Assembly (NCBI GenBank): GCA_963924565.1
Contig: OZ004610.1
Location: 11,470,001 to 11,534,000, forward strand
Length of the DNA: 64,000 nucleotides
Reading direction: 5' to 3'
Source of the DNA: Ascidiella aspersa
Lineage: Eukaryota
Program-made: the position numbers and the translations under genes
Shown: piece after piece, positions 13,959 through 25,500 of the stretch
How the letters are laid out: the number at the start of each line of letters is the position of its first letter
Numbering within the stretch: position 1 is the first letter of the stretch
The notes under the pieces: model-generated
Seen by the model: the letters and a program-made list of their open reading frames with translations, nothing else
What the model was told of the DNA's origin: nothing
Databases searched by the model: none

Positions 13959-16268
13959 GTTGTTTTACTTCTATAAAATATAATAGGTAACTACGCAATT
14001 CGGCGCAATGGTTTTATACTTGGTTAAGCTCACACATCTATAATAACTTGCTTAGCGTCTTTATTTAAGGGTTTCACGCGTGGTTAGACAAGCGAAAACT
14101 GCAGAGTCAGCAAACCAGACACGCTTCGTCACTCTACGACAGTCGTCCACACGGTGGCGCTATATGAGCATATCGCAAACATAATTTGAGTTTTGACAAG
14201 CTGAAGAAGTGAAGTAATATAAGCAAAGATTTTTAAAACGCTTTCTGGCTCCCAAAAATCATTGTATAATGCTGATATTTTAAGTGCTATGGTGTAATCA
14301 TTTACTAAACATTGCCGTATATTGAACACACATTCCAGTCTGTTTTATTTTTTTTTCGTTTTACAGCAAACCATTTTATTTTTAAACTGTGTTTACCCCA
14401 AAGTTACCATTTTTATAGGAATTTTTTTAATGTAATTTTGTATTTGTATCACATTCCGGGTTGAAATTAGCATGTTAACGTGTACATGTCCAAAATAATT
14501 ATTTTACAACCCAAAGTATTTTATTTGTGAGACATCAGACGTGTCTTGTAGTTGCGAGGTACTCTTATTCGGTCAAGTATCTCAAATATCTACGTTTATA
14601 TTTAGCAGAACTTTTTTCTTATTTGGTGAAAGATTAGGAAAAATGTCACTGAAAAGGTTTGACGCTTACCAACATTATCCATGTGCCCCATGCTGAGAAA
14701 CTGCTTTGTTCTCATCAGGGAAATAAACGCTATCAGTTTGCATCTTATCGCATTGGAAATTATACAACACCGCGCAACCTGTTTTTATCATTGAGTATTA
14801 GATTTGAACGCATGGGTTAGAGCAAACATAAGATTACACCAATTTTAAAAAGTTATTATGACCTTCAAGTGCGTCACAGGTGAATATTCTATACCGAACT
14901 CAGTCGCAAACGCATAGTATTATTGTAAAAAAGGGACGTCATTATGACGTCACATGTCAATCGTCGTCAAGGTTGGACCCGACAACGCCATCACAAACGA
15001 ACGGCAATAATACCATACGGGACCACGATGGAAGCATTACAACAATTTGTTGTTGCGTCACACCCAACTGAATTTTAGCTTTGAAACGTTAATACGACAA
15101 ACCAAACCACTAAGCCTATATGTGACGTAGTTTAAAATGAACTTTCGAGCAATCAAAAGTTTTTGCCAATCAATACCTAAGTTTTGAACACATGATTTAA
15201 TAATTAATATTAATAAATTCCATTGTAAAACTATTTTCCAATCTACCAATAACTTTGTTTAAAAACGGCCTTACAAATTAAAAAAACATCCGCATTTTGT
15301 TTTTCGCCGTTGAGATGCTTTATGCAAAATCGTCAAAAAGTGTTATACACAAACGGCCTATGGCTGTTCAGAAAAATTATTGTGAAAACGAACAAACCGT
15401 ATTTTTTATATTCTTACAGGCTTTAAATTAGCTCATCAACAAGTAAACTCGCAGGTTTAGGTTAAAAAACGAGTGCCGTGGACAAAAATTGTCTACCTCA
15501 GACTGATATTGGTAGACACAGGTGTCTGCGAATCGGCCCAGCAGCTGGTAATAGCTGGCCTATTGAAAGCTGCCTCACATTTGCCAAAGTACGTGACGTG
15601 AGAATGACTCCGAGAAATTACGACGTCACTTTATTTAGCCTCCATGAAAGCGGCAAGCGACAGCAAAAACGCAACACGTTTGTTCACCATTTTTTTATTT
15701 TGCAAAAATCCCGACTGTATAGTGTTTACTGTTGTACTTAGGAATTATTGCAAATATTTTATTTAGTGTTTAAAGCTGGTGGACGTCTGTTCAAAAAGTA
15801 TGGGCCATAAACTTAACCTTTGTATAAGATGAGATGTTTTATAGAAATATTAAATATCGCCAACCCCGAAAACCCACCGTTAATTGTTCCTATATTTCTA
15901 ATCCTTTTCCATGATAAATGTTCCATACTAAAATGTTAATCCCTAAACTAAAAATGTGCTATGGGTTTGGAAATATTCCTTAGACATTTCTCGCATAATT
16001 TTGCAGTCTTATTTTATGAGATCCAAATGTGATATATATTATAATGGCATCATCAGGGCGGATCAAAGGTGGGGGCTCGTGGTCATGGCCCAAATTGTAT
16101 TTTGTGCCTTTTTTAAAGTAAATGCAAAAAAAATTTCTCGCTACGCACGAATCTAGTTATTTTGCTAAGATGCCATGGCTCTTTGTTCTAAATTTGCTTT
16201 ATCCCAAAGGCATCGTACCTACGTCCTATCGCATCTAAAATAAAATTTTGGACACCTTGACCTTAAAC

Positions 16269-16599
16269 CAGTGTTTTTCAACCCGTGGGATGGTACGCAC
16301 TAATTGTGCGGATGAAAAAGATTGTAATGCGGATGAATGTGCGGACAAAAATGGTGCATAATATTTTCTGTCATTATGTGTAATGCAGTAATCAAATAAG
16401 ATGGTGCACCCACTTATGCGCTACAGGTACAGTAATACAGTCTCTCAGCGGTTCATTGCAGCTTAAGCTATTTATTTTATATCGATTTTCCAAAATAAAA
16501 AAAGTGTGGATGGAAATTTTCCGAAATAAAAGAAGTGCGGATGGAAATTTTCCAAAATAAAAAAGTGCGGATGAAAATTTTAAAGGTTGAAAAGCACTG
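16269..16599. mobile_element. hAT MITE with internal ~31-bp tandem repeat
   Basis: TIRs CAGTGTTTTTCAACC / GGTTGAAAAGCACTG; perfect TSD CCTTAAAC; three near-identical TTTTCC(A/G)AAATAAAA...GTG(C/T)GGATG units near 16485-16580. Confidence 0.9.
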
Positions 16600-16733
16600 C
16601 CTTAAACGACAAAAAGGCGCTTTGCGCTAATCGATAACATCGTTATAGCTTCTGTATTGAAAGTAACACCTGTTCAATCTAAAGCTTTAACCAAATAAAC
16701 GAACTGCGTTGCGTTCTAAGGTTATACTTTCTC

Positions 16734-16793
16734 TGACGTCACGTTTAGATGTACCTTTGTGACGTCACGTTATTACGTAACTTTGTGACGTCA
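16734..16793. promoter_or_regulatory. Three CRE palindromes (TGACGTCA) at 26-bp spacing plus TTACGTAA
   Basis: TGACGTCA at 16734, 16760, 16786; TTACGTAA at 16773. Function not shown. Confidence 0.4.
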
Positions 16794-17299
16794 TTTCTAA
16801 AATAATGTCAACTGGAAAAGATGTTTAGGAAACTTTCATGCATATAATTCCGCACTAAAAGTAATACACAAACCCAAAAAATTTTGATTTTATAACTTAA
16901 GCAGGGGCTTCGTTTCAATATAGTTGCTTAAATGTATATTTACCTTTATTAGCGAGGGTAGGCTATGATTTAATGCATATTTCTACGAGAAGTGTGCTTG
17001 TAAATTGGCGTTCCACTGTAAGCCAATGTTGTGAAACTAAATGCTATAATGACTTGTTTAACGTACAGATTGACAATACATACGAAATGGCGTGTTCGTG
17101 TTTTTATACTTCAATAAAGTCTGAAAATCCAAAAATGTCAAAAATGTTGGACAACCTTTCTTTTGCTTTAACCAGATTGCCGTCAAAACGGTCTACAGTC
17201 CACTTTGCACTTCACAACGGGGAAAATGACATCAAGCGCAATGTGGGAATTACGCTTGGCAGCCCATCATCATTATTGAGTACAAATCCCACTGATATG

Positions 17300-17830
17300 A
17301 AATGAATCCGAGCGAAGGCTATGAGCACTTTCCACTTGATCGCTATTACAACAAGCCATTGTCGCTCGCGGCTTTAGCTGGAGTTGTCGCTTCCGACAAG
17401 CCTGTAGTGACGCTTTCGACAATCCGCCGAACGTTCCAAGTCGCGAATCCGGAATACCTCAGCGCGGAACTATGCGACTTCGGCTCGGGGCCGCGCTCGT
17501 TCATCAGGTTGCGGCAATTGTAACGCGAAGGGTGTTGGTTTAGAAGAAAAAACAGCGGCGCGCAAATGATGATTTGTAACGGCCGAGTTTGGACGACGGC
17601 GATTGCTTTTAAGGTACTGACTCACCGCCACTGTTTTGTGGCGACGGGCGATTGCGTGTAGTAAGCTTGCGGTCCCGGATTAGGGCCCTGCCGTGTGTAT
17701 ACGCCCACTGGGTGTGTAGTGCTTGTATACAGGGCTATTTACACCTGGACAAGGGCACCCCCCTTCTCCTGTGCCGCCGACGATGCCCAGCGCATATAAA
17801 ACGTCACGAGTCGACGCGATTGCGCGACAG
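17300..17830 (+). promoter_or_regulatory. CpG-rich promoter region with TATA box
   Basis: CpG-rich stretch; TGACTCA at 17618; TATAAAA at 17795-17801; followed by a first exon ending at donor GTAAGT (17993). Confidence 0.55.
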
Positions 17831-17983
17831 TGCCGGAACGATACGCTTAGAATATCGACACAATTTTGGGTTGTGTGGTTTGGCGTTAGAAAATAGTTTT
17901 ATTTTATTTGGTTGACAAATGTTCGTCCTAGCGGTTTGAAATAGTCTTTATTACACACTAACGTATTTAACAAAGCACTTGAA

Positions 17984-20900
17984 ATGCAAGGTGTAAGTTC
18001 ATTTTCGATTTACAATATATTATTTTAAATTATACGGGCATTTATACGGAGTTTAATAAAGACGCAGTCAATGACGATTCTACAAAAGCGCACAGTTGAA
18101 ATTAAAACTTCATAAAAATAATTTACTCCAGCTTTTAAAGCGAAAGAGTTTCTTTGTAACTTAAGTTGATTTTGTCTTGACACAGAAATGAAAAGTCGTT
18201 CCCACCGAACTCACATTCCTTGTTCGAATACGTGTAGTGTGCGACAGCGCAGAAACAGCATTTTGGAAAAGATTTACGGAAACGGGCGTCTGCAAAAACA
18301 ACGGTTGCTGTTTAGCTTCGTGTTGTTAGGCTCGTTGTGCGGGAGGAAAAGCCAATGAATGTCAGATATTGAGTTTACAGAACGCGCGCCTGTGAAAGAT
18401 GAATGCGATTAGGGGTGGAAGCCCCGGTCTCTTGTTAGCCTAAGTCGCCAAAAATCGAGTGCAACAGTTTAAGGTTTAAATGCCCCACGAGAAATTTATG
18501 TGTCGTGTTGTTTTAGCATGGCTCTCGGATTTAAGTTAACCGTCCGCTGATATAGCCCGAGATAGGTTCGGTATTAAAAGGTAATATAGTGTATAGCGGC
18601 GCTACACCAAGTCGATTAATAAAAATCGGTTTCCAGTAAACATGCCGACCGTTTGACGATGCGATTTGCGTCGAAGTAGCCGATTTTCGAGCTTCGAGAA
18701 CGAAGAGCAAACAGCAATGAATGGTCGAGTTGTTTCTGCGAGTTTTTACACTGGAGCCGGGCTTCGTATCGCGTTTGGAAATCAAGAAGCGGTGGAATAT
18801 AGATAAGGCAAAGCCCTCTATTCATCGCCAGTTTGCCGTTATGTAGACGTACGTGGTAGCCCCGGTGTCGATAGAAATGTTTATTTTTTATTCTAGTTAA
18901 AAATTATTTTTTTCAAAATAATTTTTGTGTAATCTTTGTCATACTTGGTAATTGGTTAAACTGAATATATTGTATTTATTCAAAAGCCAAAACTATACAC
19001 CAAATTCAGAATTTTTTTTTAGTAAAAACAGGTACTTTTGCATAATTTCTCGGACTGCAGGCTTTTTCTCACTATAAAACGACGAACTTAAAACGAAAAA
19101 AATGCCAATCAGCTCGACTCAACATCGTCTCACCAGGGAACTCTACAAGCCTCCGCCGAAATCACTGATGCAGATAAGACGGGATGCAGAAGGCGGAAGT
19201 CCCAACGTCAATTCGAGCCGGGAAGGATCCCCTGCTTCAAGACTGACGAGGGAGAAGCACCTCGACAGTTTCTACGGAAAGAGAGTATGGGAATCAATGC
19301 TTTTCGCGGCTTAAATAGTTGAAAGATAATTTTAGAAAATGCTCTAGTATCCAAGACACCGTAGTATTAAAATAACGACGTTCCTGTAATACTACTAGCA
19401 TAATTTAATTTTTTTTTTGTTACAACAAAGCAAAAACTCAGCACCGTGCACAGTGCGCCTTAAAAAACTCTAGTATTTTTGTTCGAAAATTTTCGGGTCT
19501 CGAGTGGTTTGCTTAGGCAACATGCCTTCTGGTTGCACATACGTTCACTAGTTTGCAAGCAACTGTAAAAACTTCTCTTGACGACATAATCTGGTTTTGA
19601 TTTGTATATTTTTAACACGAAGGCCATGGAGCGATAGGCTTCACCTTGCAGTTAAACGCCTCTCTCAACCAATTGCCGTTCACCCAACGACTTTCTGTAA
19701 TAATTTTCAGACAGCCGTTGTCGGGCCGGTTACCGAGTCGGCGTCAAACGCGAACGGCAACGGCGGAATGCACGGCGCCGAGTCGGCGGCCGCAGTGGCC
19801 GGCGGATACGGTCAGAAGGGTGCGACGGCGTCCGGGCCCGCTTGGCCGCTGTTGGCCCTACGGGGATGCTGCTTCCGCTCATGCTGCCACTGTCACGGCC
19901 TTTGCTGCACCGGCTGCGGCTGGTTGTCCTTCTTGCTCGGTTTGCTTCTGGGCGCTCTCATCTGCGGCTTGATCGTCGGTCTTGTGCTCGACGCCCAATT
20001 TAGAGGTAAGCTTGTAACGTGTATTAAGTGTTATACATTGGAGCATAATGGTTGTAAGACGTACTAAGAATATCAAATCCCATACAAAAGTAGGTGTCAT
20101 TTTAACGTTTAAATGATACCTATACTTTTGTATGGGATTTTACATTCTTATGAAGTGTTATACATCATTTTTTAATCTTTCTATCGATGGCAACCGCTTG
20201 TCAGAAAAATAAATGTGTTAACATCAAAGTGTAGTTTTAAACGTAAAAAATCGTATGTTTGTTTTCAGCTATTAGCTTACTTGCGAATTATACTTTAATA
20301 AGAAAAAATTGTGATCATTACCTTAGTTCTTCTTAATATGAGTTTTTGAGTTTGTCGTATAGAGGCTTTATGTTTTGCCAAATTTTATTTTTCAAGCCTC
20401 CCCGCGTAAACGACACTGCGGTTGTCGTTTAACAGAGATAATTTTTCCCAATGGTTTGAAACAAAACAAACAAAAAAAATTATCATAGTTTATTTTTAAA
20501 TTTATATTTGTTCTTTTAGATGTTATGTGGTTAATTTAACTCTGTCATTTTTTCCCTCAAGGGTAACAAAACTAAAAAGATCCCACGATATGTCGTTAAA
20601 GCATAATAGGATAATCAAAGTTTTCTTTCGAAAACCAAAATCTGCCTGAATCCGAATGGTGAAAACAAACGGTTCTGGTTGCACATCAATGATAAAGATT
20701 AGACTAAGTACAGAACTTAGTAAACCGAAAATCAGTTTGTTTGGATGTTATAAAAAGATAAATATATTGCGCTATAACAGCATCTTCAGTATCTAATAAC
20801 ATAACACAACATAAGTCAAGAAAACGCTAATAAAAACCTAAACCAACTGTTCTAGGCAAGTGGTGCACTACGCAAGACGCAACTGCTGCAACGAAATGAC

Positions 20901-21797
20901 GATGTATTCAGTAAAGTAACGTAACAACTGATAAGATAGATAAAAGCGCGCCATGAAGTGGAAAACAAAAAAGAGAGGGCAAAATAGATAAAACTAAACA
21001 AAACAAAGTAAAACAGCGCATGTTGGAGTTACACTTATGAACCTCTATTGAAAAAACTCTGTTTTGTTTTCACACCAGCTGAAACTATGTTTTGTTTTCA
21101 CACCAGCTACCAGTGCCGCTGCCGATACGGAACCCATGGTAGGTTGCTTCCAAAGCCCCTGCTCGTCGGCCAACGCAACATGTGCCTATTTGGCCAACAA
21201 CACCCAAATCGACTGCCAGTGTGGACCTCAAGTTGGAAGCGAGCCAGTTTCGTCAGGTATAATCTTGTCGCTTTTTCTTGTTGGACCAAGCGATCAAACT
21301 TAGGAACCCAACATGGTGAACAAATATGAAGGTGTCTACAATGCACCAACAAACTTTAAAAACACAAGTTGTTCAAAGATAAAAAGCTGACTTAGAGCCT
21401 TAGAGGGTTACGAAATTAATAAATGTGGCTTTTGATAGATGCCCTCTAAAACGAACATGTTAACAAGTAAGAAATTTTTCAAATGTTTTAAAATAAATTA
21501 AAAAGTAAACGAATAAAATCAGTGTTACGATAATTTTGTTACGATAATAAAAACAGGAGTTACGTTATTCTCAGAATTTAACAGGTTTGACCGAAGGACA
21601 AACAATTTTAACCGATAATGCATTCTTTCCGGAAACCAAATAAAACGGGTAGTGTCGAGGTGAGAATTTTTATAACATTATTTTTAATATCAATTTATGT
21701 TCTTTTAGCTGGAATTGTGGCAGACGGATACCGGTGCGTGATTTACAACAATACAGAAGCTACCACCACTGCTGTACCTGTTACCGTGATACCATAA
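17984..21797 (+). CDS. Uncharacterised type II membrane protein: Cys-rich juxtamembrane segment, one TM, one EGF-like domain
   Basis: Alternative first coding exons 17984-17992 (MQG) or 19102-19284, both phase 0; then 19711-20005, 21107-21256, 21709-21797. Sequence GCCFRSCCHCHGLCCTGC, TM WLSFLLGLLLGALICGLIVGLVL, six-Cys EGF-like CFQSPC..C..CQC..DGYRC, Thr-rich tail. 180 or 238 aa. Confidence 0.7.
20065..20150. repeat. Near-perfect 86-bp fold-back palindrome in an intron
   Basis: Arm TAAGAAT..AAATCCCATACAAAAGTAGGTGTCATTT pairs with AAATGATACCTATACTTTTGTATGGGATTT..ATTCTTA. Confidence 0.8.
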
Positions 21798-22598
21798 CTC
21801 CCTTCGAGAATTACTACACTCGTCGCCTGTCCTGTTGCTGCCTTTCCACGATATTTATGTTAAGCATAGGCCGACCCTGAAGTGAAAAGGCGCACAAAAT
21901 ATGTAAATAGTCCAATTATAATTAATTTATAAATTGTGGATTTCTGTTTTATTTTTGTTTACAAAAAAATATTTGACTTTACAATAAAAATTGTATATTG
22001 TTGTATTGATCGTGTAATGTGTTGTGGATTTAAATTATATCAAGCAGTTTGTTAAGGTGCAATTGACAGCAAGTACAATATGTACAACATCCGACCTCAA
22101 AGAAAATCGCAGACTGCTTATAATCCCATCATTACGTGTTTCTACCGCCTAAAAGCTATCAAGTATGGCTAAACCTCTTGATGAATTTTCTTGCCGTACC
22201 TGTTTTATAAACGAACACCGTTTGTAGCGGGAGAAATACTGCCAGGGGCCAATAGCACTTGATACTGCACTCCGAGGTTTAGTTAAGATTAAAACTGTCT
22301 GGAGTAGCTTGCTTATAATTGAGAGGTCAATTTCGGATTTCTGTAGGATTTCATATCAGTTATTAGTGTTAAAGTAAGCAGAATATTGAGATTGAACATT
22401 GAATTTTAGCTCTTACTAAATTGTGTTATTAAAAAAGCAAGTAAGCTTTATTGCTGTGCTAACTTTGTTAGCCTTCAGATGCAACCAAGAAGCTTGGTTT
22501 TTAAATAACTTCTATATTTTGTACAGCTGTGCAGCAAGGATGTAGTCAGTGTAGCGTAACAGTGGGTTATTAATTTTCGGTTACAAATAACCAACAAC

Positions 22599-25500
22599 AT
22601 GTCGATTCTTCACTTCGCACTCTTTCTTCAGTCTCTGGCCTTTGTTTTGTCAGTAAAACCTTTGCTGAGAAGAACAGAAGGCGAGTCACCAATTCAACCA
22701 GTTACATGTAAGTATAATAAAAGTACTTGTTCGAACGAAAGGGCATTCTTAGGGAGGTTAACCCGTGGCCTACTCCTTCAGAACAACTTTTGAAGAGGTC
22801 TACACATTCTACTGCAAAATTTAGGTGGTATATATTTTGTTATGATTGCACCCTGTAAATTATTTTGGTTTCAATCTATAAGAGTCTGTGTCGTTCTCTC
22901 GGCGTTCTATTTGAAAAATCTATATCATTGAAAACAAATAATAGTAAACCGGATGTTGAAAAATGTTTACCCTTTTTGACCAATAGGAAATACTTGGTCT
23001 AAACAATTTTTTTGTTTATGTTTAGAAACCAGTTTTGTTTAATTTTCTGGACTCGGATTAATACAATTGTCGCTCCAATTACTTTTGTGTAAGCTCTGAT
23101 GACACTCAAAATCAAAGCATGATATTGTTTGATTTGTATGACGTCAAAATATGAGTGATTTTTGAGCTGAGCGCATTCTCCGCTCACCATTGTCCTCTCA
23201 AATCCAACGTTGCTAGCTTGTTGTTTATACTCATCACAGGGTTTTGCGTTTCACGAATGGAGGCCAGTGCCAGATGGAAGAACATCCAAAGCAAAGGTTA
23301 TCCCAAATCGCTTCTCGTCAAACAGTCGCGCTGCACATGGAGGTAAACATAGTTGACTGCAGTGCAATTGAATTACTGTTTTTAAATGACTTGACTCAAG
23401 TAGTTTGGGTAAAACGACTTGACCTAAACTTTGATATGGTTAAAATGTTTTTTGGTAAATTCAAGTCAAAAAATATTTTAATCCAATTTCGCTGTAAACA
23501 AGTTGTTAATGGCCTAAATAGGCCGTTAATGCAAGTTAATTTAAGGCATTCAAAAACTTTCTGTCGCAATTTAAGTTTCAACCCTGATATAAAAACATCA
23601 AAATTTACTTGTAATACGATGAGCGGTGGTCCTGCATAACGCTATAGTTTGCAATGGCAACAAACATCTTCAGCCCTCAAGGTAAAACTGTGGTCTATGA
23701 GCAGTTTATTTGATGATTTAATTACAATTTTGCAAATAATCGGGATATTGTGCAAGGATCTTTGCCGTGCGTGTTCCTTAATTAGAAGATGACAAATGCA
23801 CAAAATGTTGTTCATGTGGCCGAAACAAATGGTCAATATTTTTTATTTAGTTGAGTATAATTTTAACTCAACAAGGCCATTGGCAAGCTTTGCAGTTATA
23901 CCTTTTAAGGATTTTTTGCACTTGAAACATTTATTATTAAAGTAGCTAAACTAAACCTATTTTAGTCTAATGAAGTATCAGAAAGAAACCTTTCTGAACG
24001 AGGACCGAGTTCAGTAATTTCCGCTTTAACTATGGCATGAATATATTTTTATTTTTTTATGTAGAATACAAGCGGGCAAAGGCAAGCGGGTGCACATCGC
24101 CTTCAAAGGATTGCAGCTTGAGGCCGACGACCCTGCTCACTGCTCTGCAAATTACGTCGAAATCGTCGACGAAAAACTGGGCAAAACCCAAGGGCGATAC
24201 TGCGGGAAATACGCGCCTGGCGATATCGTATCACAGGGTTGGTTTAATTCTGTCCCAGTTATATATGTACCATAAGCAGCTTTTATAAAAGTTTTATATC
24301 CGAATTGAAAAAAAATGGTTAATTTTATATGTACGTTGGATTAAAATTACTGTTTCTAAAAAAATTAGATTTGTGTCTGTCGTTGTCGGTTTCTAAATGT
24401 TAAAACGTGATTATGGTCAAGATATAGAACCTGTAGGTTGTAGCTTAATGTTCTTCGATTAGCTGTTATTTCTGGAGACTGCCCTGCCGCGCAGGGAGGC
24501 CAGGAAAACACAACAAGTGTAAGTTAACACAATAAAGGTTGATTTACAGGGGCCAATTGATTAATGCAATTTTACAAAACATCTCATTATTGCTACAAAC
24601 CTAAACACTGGCCAATGCCAAAATAGTACTGACAAAATTGATTTTATTATTTTTTAAAAAACCTTAGGCCTATAGTGGGTATATTTGTTTCATTTCAGGC
24701 CGTCGAGTTAGGATTGACTTTCAAGCGCAGCCTGGCGAAAGTGACGTCAAGGGGTTTATGATCAGCTTCAAATCTACAAAGAAAAAGCCTGGATTCTATG
24801 GTGCGAAATAAAATGTTAATAAGTATGAAAAATCAGCAGTGATTAGAGCGTACAGCTTTTTCAGCTTTTTTAAAAGACCATAGACTTAACTTTTAATCAC
24901 AGGGCAACGAAAACGTTCCCAACTGTAGGTTAAGTTCCTTCAGTATAAACCAAACAGGCCGCCAAAAAACGACATGAGCCCAATAACTACGCAGTGAGCC
25001 ACGTATAGAAACAATTGTATATCAACTAAACTGAATTTGTACTATGGTTTTAACCAAAACGTGCTTAGTTTTAAAACAGCCAACGCTTCAGTTTTTGTGA
25101 GCCGTTTTAAGACTGCCATATAGTTGTTTTTGTTATACTCTACAGTAGCAACATTTCATAAATATTGTGGTAATTATCTCCTGTATATTGTGTATTTTCA
25201 GCGAAAAGAGAATTCGCGACCCAGGCTCCTCCTCGAACTGTTAGACCACAAACTATGTTCATGAGTAAGTTGGATTTCGATACATTGGTAGCTCAATTTA
25301 AGAGATTCCCAAATATTTTTTGTAATTTGGTGAGTATGGCATATTTGGTTTAATTTATGAACCCCCCAGATGTCAGTTTATTCGTAAAACCAAAAAAGCA
25401 TTTAATCTAAAGATTATTTAGAGGCTCTAAAATGGCGTAAATGTACATATAGCGAAGCGTATATACTTGTACAGTCACATTATATGTTAGGAAAATTATG

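Noticed and set aside
16485-16580. 31-bp repeats as CRISPR or a regulatory array
   Set aside because: Contiguous tandem units inside a TIR/TSD-bounded MITE.
16973-18825. ORFs of 70-110 aa in the promoter and first intron
   Set aside because: No motifs or consistent splice phases; expected by chance.
20856-20899. Alternative terminal exon (GKWCTTQDATAATK*) for the EGF-like gene
   Set aside because: Phase-compatible but weak acceptor and no other support.
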